Origin: Octopus sinensis
Taxonomy: Eukaryota
Length of the DNA: 52,144 bases
Assembly: GCF_006345805.1 (NCBI RefSeq)
Contig: NW_021834024.1
Coordinates: 1-52,144, forward strand
Direction: 5' to 3'
Shown here piece by piece: positions 12,761 to 24,739 of the stretch; the stretch's first letter is position 1, and each line of letters starts with the position of its first letter. Made by a program: the position numbers and the translations under genes. The notes beneath the pieces were generated by a model. That model did not search any database and was not told the origin of the DNA. It saw only the letters and a program-made list of their open reading frames with translations.

Positions 12761-13587
12761 GATTGATTCTTTTTGACAATTCACCAAGATCTTCGTGATA
12801 ATGCGAGATAAGAATATATCTTAATAAATATAACGTTTCTTATTTAGTTATTAGGTCAAGTTTTGATAGTCGATTTCAAGACATACGTTCTGAGAATAAC
12901 TTGAAAATAATAATAATCTATGAACGCAATTGACAAGGATGGTAAAACTACGGTTAGATGATTCTGGGTTATGAAATGAAGAATTGTGCTTGGAAAAATG
13001 TAGGTCAGACAACATTTCCACAAGCACAAGTATATATGAAAATATTATGACACTTGTGAATGATGAAGGTTTTAAACATATCATACCCGATTATGTATTT
13101 AAGTTGCTAGTGTCCCATATATTTTATCAAACAAATAATGTTAAAAGAAGAGCAGACAGCGTATGTAGATGAAAATACGGAAATACTACCAACTTCTAAA
13201 AATGATTACAAATAATATTGATAAAAATTTGACTGTTAAAAGAATACAAACGGCATTTTGCTGGTATACCTTGTAAACGAAACCTAGAAATATTTATGGA
13301 ACTTTACAACGAGTTCATTTCCAGCAGTGTATTTACAAAGAGAACGGATACACTTTAAGCATCAAAGAATTTTGGATAATTTTTAATCCCACACATAGAT
13401 ATTGATGATGAGTGTAGGACGAAGGGGTAGTATCCCACACCCTCCCAATAACATTTATTCCACTACACTCCTCACTGAATATGTGGTTATAACAAACCCT
13501 GATTTGATATGATTCTCATCTTCTTTCCAATGTAATTATTTCAAATGATTTTATGTGCATCTATGGTTAGAAATACTCTCTCTCTCT

Positions 13588-13969
13588 CTCTTTTACTCTT
13601 TTACTTGTTTCAGTCATTTGACTGCGGCCATGCTGGAGCACCGCCTTTAGTCGAGCAAATCGACTCCGGGACTTATTCTTTTGTAAGCCCAGTACTTATT
13701 ATATCTGTCTCTTTTGCCGAACCGCTAGATGACGGGGACGTAAACACACCAGCATTGGTTGTCAAGCAATGCTAGGGAGACAAACACAGACACACAAACA
13801 CATATACACACATATATATATACATATATACGACAGGCTTCTTTCAGTTTCCGTCTACCAAATCCACTCACAAGGCATTGGTCGGCCCGGGGCTATAGCA
13901 GAAGACACTTGCCCAAGATGCCACGCAGTGGGACTGAACCCGGGACCATGTGGTTGGTTAGCAAGCTAC
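13588..13969 (-). mobile_element. SINE-A copy interrupted just after its A box
   Basis: Matches 2250-2807, but the head stops at gtagcttgctaac (13969) and abuts the LINE tail aaataaa. Confidence 0.9.
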
Positions 13970-16267
13970 TTTATTTCATAACATTTGCCATAAAGGCAGT
14001 ACATAGAGTAAGTTAGCTTTGCGGGCTGGACGAGGACATTAATGAAATGAATGATAATGAAAGAAAGATGATGGGGATGGGAAAAGACAAAAAGCGCCCC
14101 CCTGATTTCTGCTTCTCTAAAACATTGTTCTTTTAAAAACAAACACAAAACTAGGTATTAAACCTCTTACCACTTTTACAAATTTTCAATTTTTGGACTT
14201 AACTGTCCATTACTAACAACAACATAGTTCAATAATTACATATGATATAAATACAATACACAAAGGCCCTCCTCCCAGACCTGGCTTACACTTCCCTTAG
14301 GAATGCGCAGCTCTAGGTCGGGGCCCCTCAAGTCGTATCACAATTTATGACTTGTCCTCAAAATAACTTGTGCCCGCTCCCTCCGCCATCCACCACGCCT
14401 CCCTCAGAATGTAATCGAGTTCTGAGTTAGCGTCGCCCGGGACTAAGCTATAATCCTCATTGAGCTCCTTCAGCCCAAGCGTCACGTCGAACGCCACGGC
14501 CTCCACATCTACCTGCGTAGGCCATTCGGGGTCCTGTGTGAAGGCTAAAGGTGTTCCTTTATGGTGCTTTTCCATCACCTTTTCAATCTCTCCACCTCTA
14601 TGGAAGAGGATCAATACATCGTTTTTCCTCGGGTGCGGGATATTCATTTCTTTCTTTGACGGCACAGTTCCCGCTAACGGTGTTTCTTCTCCTGTCGGTG
14701 GCACAACCCCAACCGACGTGGTTCCGGGACATTCCGGTACTATGTCACCGACTGCCGGTAATGTCCTGTTTCTCTTCCTCTTTTTTTCTTTTCAACTGAG
14801 GGAGGGTGCGTCTCCTCCGTGGCCGGAAGATTCGCCTTTCCCTCCTCATCCCTACTATCCTTTTTTGATCACCCACTGTTGCTCATCTTCCTCTTTCGGC
14901 CTCTGTTTGAGGAGTCCTCCGCTTCCTCGGCCGTTTTCATTCCCTCTTCTACAGGGGTTTCACTTAACTTCTCTGGGATCCTATTTTGTTCCCGGGGACA
15001 GTTTTTTCTTTATATGGCCGGACTCCAAACACCCTCAAGTATCACCGGGTACCTGCACCCGGCCATTTTCAAAAATTCTGGAAGAACCAGATTGGCTGAT
15101 TGGGTCCAAAGGGTCAAAATTGGTTTTTGACCCAACCCAAACAGCCGCAGGAAGAACTTTTACATTAAGAATCTTAGTTCCGCTGCTACCCTGACCCCGG
15201 CGGATAGTCTCCTCTATCCACTCGGGTTTTATCCTTGGTGGCAGCCCGCAGATCCAAGCTTTCGTCAGTCTCTTTCCATCGTACGTGGGCAAAAATAAAA
15301 TTTCCTTACGCTCCAGGGGTTTACTAGCAAATTTGCAAGCCTCTTCAGGGGTGTCAAATAGCAACCACACCGTTGCATATCTGACACCCCTGGAAATGTA
15401 TTCAATTGTTGGCAAATACTCTGCCAACTCCTTTTCAATTGCCGTCTTTTCGAATAGCGCGATGGTGTCGAGTGCCTTTGAGTAGGTTCCCAACACCACC
15501 GTCCTATCTTCACGGTCTTTTAACCACTTTTTAGGCGGTATAATCTCCCATTCCAAAATTTTGTCATTTTTCATTGCCATGTTTTTTTTTTAATATATTC
15601 AAAATAAATTTAAAAAGCGAGAAGAAAAAAGTTCAAAAGTCCAAATAAAATTCGATAGATTTTTTTGAAAGACCAAGAAGGAGAAAGCACAACAGAAGGG
15701 AAGAAATCAACGGAAAGTCGCAATAAACAAAAAACAAAACAAAAAGCGGAGTTAAATAAAGTTCAAAAGAGAGTCAATAAACAGCAAATCACAGCAAAGA
15801 TCTTCTGGCCTTACGGTACTCCCGGCCTGAGTTGAACCTGGAACGCCGCAACGGGAACACAACTTCCACAAAAATTGGTCCAAAAGGTAATCCAAAAGGG
15901 TAATCCAAGTGGCTTATTCTTATATTTTCTTGCGAGATACTCCCACAAGAAGAATTCTCAATTCACCGTTACGGCCAAAATTTAACACTATTTTCAAACG
16001 AAACTTTGGCAGGATACGCCCACCAAACCAATAATTTTCACAATTAAGAGAATATTTTCACTCAGCCTCAGGTAGACAAGAGTCTAGTGAGAACTTCTTG
16101 CTTGTAAAAATAATTTGCAACATACAACAGGTCCCCACTAGACCCCCAAAATTCTTACCTTATGGCTGAGTATTCAAAAGTCTTCAATTTAAGACGGCTT
16201 TCAAAAACACGTCTTACATCTTCGGTGTCCAGCACCACATTGACTTGCACATAAGTAGAAGCAACCT
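13970..16267 (-). mobile_element. Tx1/L1-type element carrying only ORF1, with a 12-13 bp TSD
   Basis: About 690-bp 5' UTR, ORF1, about 375-bp 3' UTR ending atgaaataaa. Flanked by (t/g)tagcttgctaac at 16268-16280 and 13957-13969. Confidence 0.78.
14345..15580 (-). pseudogene. Tx1-like ORF1 (putative RRM-type region + zinc-knuckle remnant), frameshifted
   Basis: MAMKNDK...VWLLFDTPEEA...KAWICGLPPRIKPEWI...WVG, shift, PILTLW...YPVILEG, then CLESGHIKKNCP remnant and a basic/acidic tail ending YFEDKS*. Layout resembles the ORF1 at 46843-47076. Confidence 0.7.
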
Positions 16268-16280
16268 GTTAGCAAGCTAA

Positions 16281-18115
16281 TTTATTTCATGAAAGATTCG
16301 CCATTAAGGCGTTATATAGAGGAGACATACAAATACAGACAAACATATAGGGTGTAGTAGCTTAAAACGTTGGTGATTACAATAAAATATATATAATATT
16401 TACAATATAAAGTTTTAAAAATTTGGTATTATACAGTAGGGCACGGATCCCAGCCATCTGGGTAGAACCTTTACTTCTTGATCCGGCCACACTTACCTTG
16501 TGCCAGATATACCCAGCTTGCAAGCTACAGACTTCCATCTTTTCGCAAACGTATCTCGTGACAGACACCTCTTCTCCAGCCTGATCTTACTACCGAGGTG
16601 GTAACTGAAAAAGTTAACCATTCCCTGGCCGGATACAAAGGTACCTGTCACTATAACTTTCGTACGCGTCTTCCATACTGTTTCTTTCAGTATGGCTACT
16701 ACGCAGGTAAAACCAGCCTTCCTTTCCCTGCTGAGTGACAATAGTTGTTCGGCGAAAGCAATCAGTCCCGATAAATCCGGACACTCCACGAATGCGTGCA
16801 AGACCGTTTCCCTATCCTGCTCACATCGCGGACATGTCGGCGAGACGGCACTTCCGTGCCTTGACAGCTTGTCGAGAACAGGTAACGCCGCACGGAAACA
16901 CTGCCAGGCCAGGGATTTCTGGTAATTATCCAGGTACCCCGGCCCGAACGTTCTCCGGAACAGGTTGGTCAACTGATTTTCATCGTAGCCCAGGGTCTCC
17001 CCCAAGGCGTCTTCGGACTTAACCTCCACTAACCCGCTATAGAAATCCGCGGTGGAACTCCTGTTGTCGGCATTGCCCACCCGAGAAAGTAGCTGAAGTG
17101 CCTGACGGCACTCCAATTGCCAGTCCCCCAGCCTAAGTCTCTGCTTGATCCAATTACCAATGTCCTTTAAGGACGTTAATCGCGGAAGGTAGAACCGAAC
17201 GTGCGGTGACCACACCTGTTCTCCATCCAAGTAAAGCCAGAGGTGCCTCAACCTTAACGCGACCTTTCGCATCTTCAGCCAAGGCATCCCTAGCCCACCC
17301 ATTTAGCGGTATCTGGCTGCAGACAGAGCGCTTTACAAGTGGCTTCCCTCCTTTCCACAAAAAGTGGAAAAGGATTCTCTCCAAATTGTTCAGTCACAAA
17401 TCGGGGCAAGGCACCACGGTCAGGCGGTAGGTGACTACTGATGCTATGAATATCTGCACCACCCCCGCCCTCCCTAGCAGGGATAACGCCCGTCCAGACT
17501 AGGTCTGGGTTAGAGCGGTCACCTTGCCGGCCACCTCACTCCATTTTTTTCTCTATCTGGATGTCTGGCCCGAACCAGACTCCGAGCAGCTTAACAGGAC
17601 CTTCCGTCCAACGCCCCACGACGTTATTGGACGGCATCGGCTTGCCTCTCCAGGTGCCGAGTTGCAAACCGACCGACTTGTCCTTGTTCAACTTTGCTCC
17701 TCCCACCGCCTCGTAGCTTTTGCTGGCCTCTTCCACCACTGGAAGCTGGTCCTCATCTGCTACGATGATCGAGATGTCATCCGCGTACGCCGTAGCTCCT
17801 CTTCCACACCATAGATCATGCGGTGCGCCCCCTATTGCCTCCAACTTCCGCAGCAAGGGCTCAAGAGCCAACGCATATCGAAGCGGAGACAGGGGACACC
17901 CCTGACGAACTGAACGCTCGATCCTGAACGGCTTCGAAAGGAAGCCGTTCACCTTGACCACAGACTCGATGTCGCTATACAAACCAGCGATCCAACCTCG
18001 AAAGGTCGGGCCCAGGCCAGACTCCCCGAGGATCGCCGCCAAGTACCGATGGTCGACACTATCAAATGCCTTAGACTGGTCTAAATGTAGCAGAACCCCC
18101 CCCCCTGCGCCAGAA
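16281..18115 (-). mobile_element. Tx1-clade LINE, 5'-truncated (3' half of ORF2 + 3' UTR)
   Basis: RT and C-terminal motifs below; ends cgccttaatggcgaatctttcatgaaataaa. Confidence 0.92.
16493..18105 (-). pseudogene. Tx1/L1 ORF2 reverse transcriptase + C-terminal CCHC region, frameshifted
   Basis: LDQSKAFDSVDH, SVRQGCPLSP, AYADDIS, KLLGVWF, FLWKG, GGLGMP, CPRCEQDRETVLHAFVEC. Confidence 0.93.
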
Positions 18116-18292
18116 AAACGGATTAAGTTGAATATATCGACTCCAGTGCGTAACTGGTACTTATTTAATCGACCCCGAAAAGATGAAAGGCGAAGTCGAC
18201 CTCGGCGGAATTTGAACTCAGAACGTAACGGCAGATGAAATACGGCTACGCATTCCGCCCGGCGTACTAACGTTTCTGCCAGCTCGTGCCTT
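18116..18292 (-). mobile_element. SINE-C head and centre without its tail, fused to the Tx1 RT fragment
   Basis: Matches SINE-C up to cttaatccgttt, then switches into RT-coding sequence. Confidence 0.88.
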
Positions 18293-20844
18293 TTATTTTC
18301 ATGCATATTGTGCTGTTTTTATTTTCTGTTTTCAAAGAGAAACTCTTTGGAGTGCGTTCCTACTTTTTAACATGAAAATAAAAGGGGAAACTCATTCCGT
18401 GTTAAAGCAATCCTAGAATGTATTACTTGTGTAAAGCGAAGGGTTAATGTCTTTTTATAAATTGTATACACGATATGCGATTTTCCTGTGGAGTACAAGT
18501 TTAAGATATGTTACCATTCTCTATTTTATAGCAGCAATTATAACAGTACTAGAAATGAAACTGAGAGTAAATATAACAGGCAGATGCGATACGATTCCTT
18601 ACAACAGAATAAACAAGCAATATAAGAAAAATAATGACACTTATCTGTCAACAGTTAACTACGTATGCGTGTTTAAATCATTTATTTTGATTGTCGAATA
18701 TCAGTTATTTGCAAATGCAATATATATATGATTGCTGGACACCATCTCGATACATTTCGTCTTCGCCTTTCGTATGATTAAAACTATATATATATATACA
18801 CACACACACAATTACTCACACAAACACATGGTCATAAACAAACACACGCATATATACATATGTATCAATGTGCGCGTGTGTGTGTACTTATATATATATA
18901 TATATATATACTTTCATACATTCTCTCATGTCTCATTTATGAATCTTTTTCTCTGTATACACCTTCGTGTCTTCCTAACTCTTCCTAACCAATCTTTATT
19001 CATATTTTTATATCGTTTATATTACCACCATATCCATCTTTACAACACCAACGCATTTTTTCTGTCTGTCTTTCTTTTTCTTTCTTTCTTTCTTTCTTTT
19101 CTCTGTCACTGAATCCTTGTCAAAGTTCACATCTCATTTCGTTTTCGTTATTCCTCAGTAATCAGCTCACAAGTTTGCAGGCTGAGTTTCGTTCCGTCGT
19201 GTGCTACATTAATCAGTTCTTATAACAAAAGTGAATAACATTGTTGGGGCGAATACTAGTCAGAAACTGATAGGGAATATTTGGTCGACAAACCTACTGC
19301 AATTGGCACTCGCATTTTATTCAAATCTCATTGTACTAATTAGGAAAAGAAGTGAAAACTCTATTGAATAATAATGCGTCTAAATGTGTGGCATGGTCAT
19401 TGTGGCCCTCAATTGATTAAGCATAAACCCAATAAGGATGGCCCAGCCGAACGAAAGTATGTAATGAATTACCTAAAGTTAAAAATAACAAATTTATCAT
19501 CACTTATGTTTGAAATTTAAGGATGAATATATTTGGTTCAAATTGAGTGATTAGGTTGCAAATATGTTCTAAGCGTCATCAGTGTCCCTGGATGGTTGTT
19601 GCTGTTGTTCTCGTTATTGTTGTTCAACACTAATTTATTGTTGGTGTTGCTGTCGATACTGTAGTTTCCTTTGATGAAAGACTGGTTTAAGGGAAGTCTG
19701 GCTGCCATTTCAACAAATTGCACTAAAAACATACAACATGTCACTTGTAAACGCGTAGCTTCAGTTAAACGCTGACAGCGGACAGAAGCAGTAACGGATA
19801 AACGGATTTTGTTAAATATAGTTATAAATATTTGCGATTGAAAAAGTTGAAATTTCTCTCCACTTACAATTTTTCACTAAATATAATGAATTTAGCGGGT
19901 TTGATTCAAATGATTACAGATCTCCCGAAAAATGTATGCCATGTGTCGAGATAAAAATCCATTATCAGTACATTATAGTGTTTAAGGGCAGTAACGACAG
20001 TGTAGAAGGTATACTGCTTTGTGGAATTATGGAATATAATTTAGTAGATAAATAGAGGATTTCATCCTTTGTATGTATAAATATTGAGCTTTAATTATAA
20101 CTGCTATATTTGTGTTTCATGTTCTACATCAGAGTTCCAATAGTATGCATGCTTTCCTACAAAAATAAATTCCGTAATTAGCATAGAAAGAGAAGAGAGA
20201 GAGGGGGGGGACAGCCAGGGGAGCAGATATGAAAGTGACAGCATAAGCAAATCTGAAACATAAAAGAAATAACGTTCGATGTGCACCAGAAGGAAAATCT
20301 GTTAACTACTAGATATGTAATATGCAGTATATATATTTTGTATTAGTATATAATTATTTCCTGATGTAACAAAAATATTTTTAAAAAAACGGTGAGGTAC
20401 ATTAAGTTTACAGGAGGTGATACCAATATCGAAAACTACTTCAAAGATTTGAAACATCTTTTTCACATCTAAAAGATATGAAACAAAGAAGAGAATGTTT
20501 TATGTCTTTCGTGGTATCTGAAATCGTGGACCAAGTAAGTTTCCTTGCAGCATATGTTTGGTTTCCATACGTTCTAAACTCACATCTCACTGTGATATAA
20601 TTAGTTACGATTCTTAATTATCACCAAGTTTAACACAGTCACTTATATGAACGTGTTTGTGACGGAGTGAGAGGTTAACTCTCATCATTTTTCCTCCTAT
20701 TAATGTCGGTGGCACTGGAATACTTCATGCCTTAAAAGATATCTATCAATATCTTTGTCTATGTATACGTGTATGCATGTATGTATGTATGTATGTTTGT
20801 ATGGATGTATACATATATTTCGCGATGGTGTTCTCTATTGCATT

Positions 20845-22207
20845 CAGAAACTGCAGATACGGTGTTTACGTCCATTATCGAACCTCTGGCAGCATATATA
20901 ATATCAGGCGCCTTGCTGCAAAAACAAAGATATTTACCTCTATCATAAGAGACCTTTTGTATGCAGATGATTGTGAGCTAGTAGCACACACACAGATTGA
21001 TATGCAACACATTTTGAATGCATTCTCTGATGGATGCATTGCCTTAGGATTGACAGTCAATCTCAAGAAAATTGTTGTCACGCATCAACCTGCCCCTGGT
21101 AAGCAGTATAGTGTACCAAATATCTATGTGTATGGTAAACGACTTGATGTAGTTGATCAGTTTGTCTACCTGGGAAGCACTATTAATAGATATGGCAATT
21201 TGGATGATGAAATTCCATATAGAATTAGGAAAGCAAGTGTTGCTTTCGGAAGGCTAGAAAAGCGCCTCTGGAGTCGGCGAGAAATGTGCAGAAAGACAAA
21301 GATAAATGTGTATAAGGCATGTGTGCTCCCTTCTCTTCCCTATGCCTGCGAGACGTGGGTCACATATCGATACCACCTTAAACAACTGGAACATTTCCAT
21401 CAGATGTGCCTCAGACGGATCTATAGCATTAAGTGGAAGGACCGCATCAGTGATCTTGAAATATTGGAAGGCTCTCCGTGTGAAATTATAGAAGCTCTTG
21501 TGTTAAAGCAAAGGCTCAGATGGAGTGGTCAGCTGGTCAGGATAAAGGATTCAAGGATGCCAAAACAACTCTTTTATGGAGAGTTAGCTAAAGGAGAACG
21601 ACCTCCACATAAACCAAAAAGGAGGTATAAGGACTTGTTGAAGGCATCCTTAAGAGATGCTTGCATCTCTGCTGACACATGGGAAGGCATAGCTATTGAT
21701 AGTAGCAGATGGAGAAGGATTGTGCATGAGGTGACAGCCACTTTTGAGAAATCTCGATTTGCACATGAGAAAGTAAGGAGGGGTGTCAGGAAGGGCATCG
21801 CAGTTATACTTGCAGAAGGTAAGGATCTTTCTTTGATGCTGACATGCAATGTCTGTGCAAGACCCTGCCTCAGTAAAGCTGGACTCAAGAGTCATCTTCG
21901 TAGTCATAAAATGAGACAGATGAGTGACAACCTGGCCACTGGTGGTGTTGTAGCACACCATACTAATCATATATGTCGGGCATGTGGAAGAGGGTGTAAT
22001 TGGGCAGGGGGACGTAAACGACATGCAAAGGTACATGAAGCCCAGTTACAACTACAGCCGGCTATTACCAGTAAAGGTTTTAGTTGCCAATTTTGTACAA
22101 GACATTGTAGAACTTTAGCTGGGCTAAAATGTCACATCCGATCACAGCACCAGTACCAGTTAAGCTTCATGCAATGGTCATACTCGATAACGAAGGGGAA
22201 GCGATAA
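20845..22207 (+). CDS. RTE-clade LINE, 5'-truncated: RT C-terminus, thumb and three C2H2 zinc fingers; frame open
   Basis: GVYVHYRTSGSIYNIRRL, DLLYADDC, FVYLGS, YACETW, LRWSGQLVR...RMPKQLFYGEL, then CNVC..HLRSH, CRAC..HAKVH, CQFC..HIRSQH. Followed by a TATG-type microsatellite. Confidence 0.92.
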
Positions 22208-22379
22208 TGTATGTATATATGTATGTAGGTAGGTAGGTATATAGGTATGTATGTACGTACGAATGAATGTATCTATCTATCTCTCTATATATACACGTAT
22301 ATATATATATATGTGCGTGTATATATGTATGTATATATATATTTATATAGTTACACACACACGTATATATATCTTTATA

Positions 22380-22420
<41 letters not shown>

Positions 22421-22548
22421 TATATATAAACGTAAAGTACCTACTTAAAAAATATCAATGGGAGATGAAAGTATTAATTACACCAAGATGTAATGATTAT
22501 CCACACAACAAGATGGCTGTTTAAAATTTCTACGCTTTAACCATAAGC

Positions 22549-22960
22549 AGCGCCTCCGACGGATGGTTAGCTCTGCTATCTGCACGCAGGATATATTGCA
22601 AGCAGGAGAGCGAACCCCTACAATATACTAGCAGACGACTGAACGGTTTCGGGCTATTTCTGCTAATATTCAGTGTTAGAGACAGCAGGAATTCCGTCCA
22701 GATTGAAATATATAGAAAACTAAGCGGCAATCAGTCACTGATATTGCAATATGCAAAGCAGCCATTTGGAAAGTTTAAATAATAAATTAAAGTAGTAGCC
22801 ATACTAAGGAGTAAAATTTAGCCTCAGGTAGAGCCCCCACCAAATGGTTATCGGTGCAATCTGCACTCACTATACATTGCAAGCAATGGAGCGAACCCTT
22901 ATCATCTTCTAACAGACGACGGGATCACCAGTCCGAACGGTTTCATGCTATTTTTGCTTA
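22549..22960. repeat. Diverged ~120-bp direct repeats, period ~281 bp
   Basis: 22549-22667 and 22829-22960 share atggtta..atctgcac..attgcaagca..gagcgaaccc..cagacgac..gaacggtttc..gctattt.tgct. Confidence 0.75.
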
Positions 22961-23329
22961 TCACCAAATCCTGCTCGCACGTTGTTTATACTCATTAACT
23001 ATAGCGAACTAGTATAATGCGAGCTAAATATTCATACGCTTATTTCACTTCAGATCACGTCAGAGGATGGATCCTGAATAATATTTCATTGACTAATAAC
23101 CAGTTCAGAGTAATTACATGCAACTTCAATTGTATTTGCATGAAGTAACCTATGTAGATACCTATACAGAAGAAACCTATACAGCAGAATCGTGCATCGG
23201 ACATATTTACATAAAATATGGTGTATATATAATAAATAAAAACATATAGAAGTGTGCTAATCACGACAATCATTGTAATTGTCTTATATATATATATATG
23301 TATCTCTGTATCTCTCTTTTTCTCTCACT

Positions 23330-23410
<81 letters not shown>

Positions 23411-24575
23411 GAATTCAAAACGAAGAAAACATCCTGACTGCAACGAACATTATCATAAAAATTACAACATATATACACATATAATAAAAAGTTTAGGTTA
23501 CACTGTGTACCTTTTAAACTTTTGATTCCGTGCTTCACTTCTTCTGCGCAGCAAAACATTCATAGAATATATAAATCTATGGTATATCTATATACGATGT
23601 TTTAGATCAAATTAAATGTAAATACTTTTTTCCGAGTAAATATCACTAACATAAATATACTTTGAGATATACTTAACAATGTTTTGATACAACTTAATGG
23701 ATGAATATCTGAATATTAAGCGACAACCAACATCAGTAGCTAAAGTGTCATTGGGGAGATACTATGAACATTGTAAATTTCAAACTCAGACTATCGGTGT
23801 TTGTGATTTTCTTTTAAACTGGGAAATATATAGATATATTTTTCAATATGAAATATAAGTTCAAATACACATTCAAAGATATCATGTCGCCAAAAATCTA
23901 ACATTCTACAGAAATATTTTGACATACTTAACGGGTGAGTGACACTATGAACTCGGCCCCCATGTTGGTGCACATTCCAAACAAATATAAAGAACATTAT
24001 TCTTAACATATTCACGTTTCTGTCGCCATAAACCGAATCTTTGGTTGAAATATTTCATAAAACACTTTGCGGGTGAAAAGCAAATAGACCTGTATCATAA
24101 ATTTTGCACGTTTATCCATTTGAAATGAATATCATTTGTGGACACGAATTTGAACATGCAAGATATATATGTATATATGTGTGTGTGTGTGTATATATAT
24201 ATGTGTGTGTGTGTGTTGTGTGTGTGTGTGTGTGGATGCACACATTGTTACATATCAACTTACATACACGCTCACTTAAATAAAACACACAAACACATAT
24301 ACATGCGTTTCATTTTTCTTTTATGGAATATAAAACGTAGCTGCTAGAATCACAGTTCATGCGGTTCCAACACGACAAATTACATGTACCTGTGTATCTG
24401 TATATTTGTCTCACTCGCTTTCGCATCGTCTGTCTCTCTGTATGTCCGCGTCTATCTATTTATGAATCATTCTTTTCTATATGTATCTGCCTTTCTGTCT
24501 GTCTATCTATCTCTCTCTTTCTCTCTGTCTCTCTGCCCCCTCTTTCTCTCTCTCTCTATATATATATATATACAG

Positions 24576-24632
<57 letters not shown>

Positions 24633-24683
24633 TAAATATATATACATATGCAAATCAAATACGAACACACACACACACACACA

Positions 24684-24739
<56 letters not shown>

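Noticed and set aside
14460-15194. 244-aa plus-strand ORF
   Set aside because: Antisense shadow of the GC-rich Tx1 ORF1; no recognisable motifs.
13957-16290. Reading the 23-bp match gttagcaagcta(c/a)tttatttcat as one 23-bp TSD
   Set aside because: The tttatttcat part is absent from intact SINE-A heads and is the shared LINE tail; the TSD is the 12-13 bp remainder.
18116-18306. Novel N-terminal domain on the RT ORF 17536..18306
   Set aside because: It is translated SINE-C sequence; the fusion is reported as a finding instead.
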